DNA of 64,000 bases. It comes from Eledone cirrhosa. Lineage: Eukaryota. The position numbers were made by a program, and so were the translations under genes. Under the pieces are notes generated by a model. That model searched no databases. It was given only the letters and a program-made list of their open reading frames with translations, and was not told where the DNA came from. Shown here piece by piece: positions 59,543 through 64,000 of this stretch. The stretch lies in contig OZ024742.1 of NCBI GenBank assembly GCA_964016885.1, positions 293,384,001 through 293,448,000 of the forward strand, given 5' to 3'. Each line of letters starts with the position of its first letter. Position 1 is the first letter of the stretch.

Positions 59543-60154
59543 GTGTGTGTGATGTTGAACAATGAAAACAAATCAGACAAGTTTTTTTGTTTTTATTAAT
59601 CAAATAAATAATGAAAAATGGGGACAAAGGAGGTAAAGAAGGGCAGATCTGGCCATATAGGAATGTAAAGGAAAGAACTATAAATACCATAAGAAGAAAA
59701 GAAAGGAAAGAGCAAGGACTATAAAGCCACAGAAGTAAGAAAGAGGGAAGGGGAGAAGGTGACAAGCTTTACACCTTGGCATCTTAATTACATGTTTGCT
59801 AGATACAAAAGGTTTTTTTCTTCTCTAGCTTTTCTTCTAGCTTCACTTCTCTTCTTTATGAAACTAACATCTTTTCCTCCATATACCTTTGTATACCTTT
59901 CACCCCCCCACCCCCCACACACACACCACACACTTCCTATTACATTCCTACTAACCAATCCTTTCACTTAATCATGTCTACTGACAGTTGATAGTAAACC
60001 CCAGGTCAAGCATGACTGATTCTTCCTCCTTGTTACAAAACTAATGAGGGTATCCTTCTCCCCTCCATATCTAGGAATGGCTAGGATAGCCAAGTATTGC
60101 TGTTATTACTGTTGTTGCTCTTGCTATCATTGTTTAAAGATCAGGCACTTTTAA

Positions 60155-60355
60155 CCTTTAGCATTTACATTACTCTATATACATTATTGTATTTTCACAG
60201 TGAAGGCTTTATCTCACATGATATTGAATCTACAAGATAATATTTATTTTGAGAACATTACTTTAACATCTGTATGAGTAGCTAGTTACAGCTGGTTTGA
60301 ACAGAAAGAGTTGAGAGAATTCTGGCCGGATACAGCTGGTTTAAATGCTAAAGAG
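60155..60355. mobile_element. piggyBac-like MITE, inverted relative to 55474-55684
   Basis: TTAA|CCTTTAGCATTTAC ... TAAATGCTAAAGAG|TTAA. Its interior is the reverse complement of the 55474 copy. Confidence 0.78.
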
Positions 60356-61790
60356 TTAAGGTGACTTTACACATAAGTCCATTTATTCATCTACTTATAT
60401 ATTTATTTACTTAAATATTTTTATGTGGTTAAAATTTAAAACAAATACATAAAATAAATAAGTAAATGAATAAATGGATTTAACTGTGGTTAGAATGTCT
60501 CAAGGAAAGAATCACTGGCAAAACCAACTGACAGGAGACCCAGGGGTAGGCCACAAGCAAGATAGTCAGGTAACATTCATGAGCTTGGCTGGTCTCAGTT
60601 GGAGATGGTTGCTTTTGACAGGACCTGCCGGAGGAATGTTTGAGGACTCTGCCCCATGACCTTCCCAGGAATAAGTGGGTGAAGAAGAAGAATCTTTTGA
60701 TGAAGGACCAGCATCTGAAACTTTAGGACTATTCTTAGACTATATCAATAATTAAACTAATCATTGTACTGTATTATTTGCCTTGTTTTCCATTTACTTT
60801 TTACACACACACACACATATATCCAACCTTTACTACCAGGGAAAGCGGCCGTTAAAACAACAATGATGATGATATGTATGTGTGTGTGTGTGTGTATATG
60901 TGTGTGTGCAATATATATATATATATAGACACACACAAACACACATGAAGGGTCTTGATATTTACACTAGATGTAGTTTAGTTAAGGGATGTCTATCTCA
61001 CAGCTCACAGCTGTCAATAAGAAAACATTCACTCAGTAAGACTCTTCTGAGAAACCAATGATTCTTCAAAATGTCTGTGGATATTGAAGTAGTAGATATT
61101 ATATATTAATCCTGCTAGTTAGTAATCTACTGTGTTGGTTTGTTTGCAGAGCCAGGGAAAATCAGATAAGTATATATCTGGATTTACTGTGGCTAGCAAC
61201 TGTTGATTAATCAGAACATATACAATGGAAAGAGAACCACATGCATACCCCACTCTCTCTCTCTCACACACACACACACACATCAATCAACAGTCATGAG
61301 GGAAGGGGACATTCAAGGAGAGATAAAGACTGTATTTTTATCAGAGACTGAACTCTGAAAATCCTGTAATGATTGATTAGAGACTATCAAGAAAAATGGA
61401 TTTGTTTATTCAAATGTTTATAGTATCTTTACTAGTGAGCAGATTATTGTAAACATTTGCAGTAAATTACAGTAAAAGACTTTATCGTGTAGTTCACCAA
61501 TACTAAGGTGGTTGTCGTGTCTTTGACACAACTGCTAAGTCCTCTCAATTCTTTGTTTGGCAGGTTTTCTATGGCTGTAGCTGGATACCATTCCTATCAC
61601 CAACCACATTACAGAATATACCATGTAGATCACCAACACTAAGGGGGTTGTCATGCCTATGGCACAATTGAAAAGTCCTGTCATAGACGTCAACCCTCTT
61701 TGTTAGAAACATCTGCTATATTACAGGGATTTGGATGATTTTATTAGAATTATTTTACAACAGGGATAACTACCAACTACTAATCAGATA

Positions 61791-62007
61791 ATGGTTTCTG
61801 ATTTAGGCACAAGGCCAACAATTTTGGGGAAGGGGAAAGTCAATTAAATCAAACCTAGTGAGTGACTGGTACTTTATTTTATCGACCCCCGAAAGGATGA
61901 AAGGCAAAGCTAACCCCAGCGTGATTTGAACTCAGAACGTAAAGAGCCATAACTATGCCACAAAGCATAGTGTCCAACGCTCTACCGATACTGCCAATCT
62001 ACCACCC
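61791..62007 (-). mobile_element. Full-length family A SINE
   Basis: A box, B box and core are present on the reverse strand. Confidence 0.85.
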
Positions 62008-62887
62008 TAATCAGATAATTATATTAGCAAAATATCCAGCAATGCCACAGGCTTGGAACATGTTAGTTAAAAAAGTCTGCAGTATTACAGAGACTATAGG
62101 ACTATATATACATGGTGAAGAAGAATATCATATTGTAACAGGGATAACTACTACCTACTATTTAGATAAGAATCTAAGCAAATATTGTACAGTAAATCAA
62201 TGAAAACTGGAAAGCTGAATACAAATATATTCACAATAAAATTATATTCTTATTCACAAGATATATACGGAAAGATCTATCTATTCCGCAATACAATTTG
62301 AATATATACAGAATTATAATAGAATTATGTTGTAACATATAACTTCCGTTCTTGCTTCCAGCTAATTTAGAGTTGTAGATGGTTTTTTGAGAAATTACAT
62401 TATATCCTTCTGTTACATTCTAAGATGGGAAATGACCACGCTTTACTCATGTTTCATTTTGGCATGGTTTCTATGACTAGATACCCTTCCTAACACCAAC
62501 CACTTTATAGCATGTACTAGAAGCATGGTTTCTATGGCTGAATACCCTTCCTAACACCAACCACTTTAAAGCATGCACTAGCTGCATTTTATTCTGTGAT
62601 CAGCACTACCACCTTACAGGGTTGACTGGGTGATTTTGTTATGGCACAAAAACTTCCACTTTACAGTTTTACAGTGTGGGCTATAACTTTATTGTGGTAC
62701 TTATAAATGTGTGTGTGTGTGTGTGTGTGCACGCATACATGCATGCATGGTGGTTTAATGAAAAAAGAGATTCACAAAATAAGTGCCAGGCTTGAAAAAT
62801 ATGTGCTGTAGTCAATATGATAAATTGAAAAAAAAAGGTGGTGATGCAATATGGCCACAGAAAAAGAATCAAAGAATGCTGACTTAC

Positions 62888-63073
62888 CCCAGGTCTTGGG
62901 AGGGATTGATAAACATGTTTCTCCATTTTTCCTTGACATACATCATTAACTTCCTTCACTAAAATGGAGAGTTCATTGATTTGACCTTCCCAAGCTTTAG
63001 CAAAAACATCCAAGTTTCCTTCGGCAATTCGACTGCCAGGATACTGAGCAAAAGTCTGGGCGGCATTTAAAAG
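62888..63073 (-). CDS. CTNNAL1: Alpha-catulin exon LLNAAQTFAQYPGSRIAEGNLDVF...YQSLPRPG (gene continues beyond the window)
   Basis: ttttccag acceptor, gtaagt donor, 186 nt. Carries the AA.T...P.S.IA..NLDVF..AWE.QI motif of the alpha-catenin/catulin middle domain. Confidence 0.93.
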
Positions 63074-63332
63074 CTGGAAAAAGTGAAAATATATCATATT
63101 CATGAAGAATCTTAAAATCTTAAAAAATACAAATAAATTTAACTCTTCACCAACCTATTTCTAATAAGATACACTCTATTTCAATTAATTAATGGAAAAG
63201 TTTGAGGGAATAACTAAAATTATTAATTATTTCATTACTAAAACAACATCTTAACATATAAAATATGAGATAAATAATGGGGTTGATTACATTGACTTTC
63301 CCTTCTCTGAATATTGTTAGTTTTATGTTTAA

Positions 63333-63566
63333 CCCTTTCATGACTACATTTCTAATGAAATATACTCTATTTTAATTAATTGATAAAGCATTTCAAGGGA
63401 TTTACTAAAACTATTAATTATTTCCTTACTATGATAGTAACTTAATGTAAGTTTCTTATATAAAATTGTGTTGGAAAATTTTAATTTATAAATAGAAACC
63501 CTTTAAATGGCTAATTTTGTTTCATAGAACTAGGGCCAGTTTTTGGCCTAGTTGGTATCAAAAGGG
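63333..63566. mobile_element. TTAA-flanked MITE relic (second piggyBac-like family)
   Basis: TTAA|CCCTTT ... AAAGGG|TTAA. Related fragments lie near 10250-10480 and 41510-41655. Confidence 0.55.
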
Positions 63567-64000
63567 TTAAGCATGTCAAAATATCTTATAATCACCACCA
63601 TCATCATCATTTTACATGTTTTCCATGCTGGTATGGGTTGGATGGACTATGAAAGTCCAAGTCAGTTCTGCCTCGGGGGGGGGGGGGGGGGGGGGTGTCT
63701 ACCCCCTGGCTCGCCTGTTGATAAGATAATGATGATAAACATTTATAATCATCATCCTACTACAGCATCACTACTGTTCTTATTATCAATCATCATCATC
63801 ATCATAAGCAGCATCACTGTAAGCCATCAATTCTCTAGAAGTTTCTTTAGCTGATTATCAAATCCACATCTTACTTATTGTTCTTATTTATTTTCTTTTA
63901 TATTCAGTCTTATCCATTTATTATTTATTTATCATCATGAAGCGCGTTGGATTGGCAGTATCGGTAGAGTGTCGGACGCCATGCTTTGACGCATAGAGTT

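Noticed and set aside
60695-60735. TTGATGAAGG...CTGAAAC Penelope-like hammerhead
   Set aside because: The core C is mutated, stem II is only 2 bp, and there is no UH or stem I partner.
53121-63073. Alpha-catenin or vinculin identity for the minus-strand gene
   Set aside because: SLPRPGKHG, EQAKIAKLGL, FTRGEGPLKTTQD and GKAATFNK fit alpha-catulin better (from recall of family motifs). A phylogeny would confirm this.

Overview
This is eukaryotic, AT-rich, repeat-laden DNA; the SINE, LINE and microsatellite content suggests a cephalopod such as Octopus (inference). Two intron-rich genes converge tail-to-tail. On the + strand are the last four coding exons of a PFTAIRE/CDK14-like kinase (8844-12676), with a probable 3'UTR exon from 13736. 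On the - strand are the last six coding exons of alpha-catulin (CTNNAL1-like, 63073 down to 44869), plus a candidate 33-nt in-frame microexon. The window opens in an 8.5-kb array of a 42-bp satellite with higher-order structure, and about 20 kb of (TA)n-derived microsatellite separates the two genes. Almost all long ORFs in the track are repeat artefacts. Mobile elements include tRNA-derived SINEs, RTE and CR1-type LINE 3' ends, a deleted mariner and several MITEs. The most unusual signals are: (1) two type I hammerhead ribozyme folds in small unique islands inside the TA microsatellite; (2) a tandem array of about 9 self-folding hairpins in the putative CDK14 3'UTR; (3) a dispersed hairpin family whose arms co-vary; (4) a 33-nt exact copy of exon sequence in the adjacent intron; (5) dense potential dsRNA structure around alpha-catulin exons. 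All folds and alignments were done by eye.
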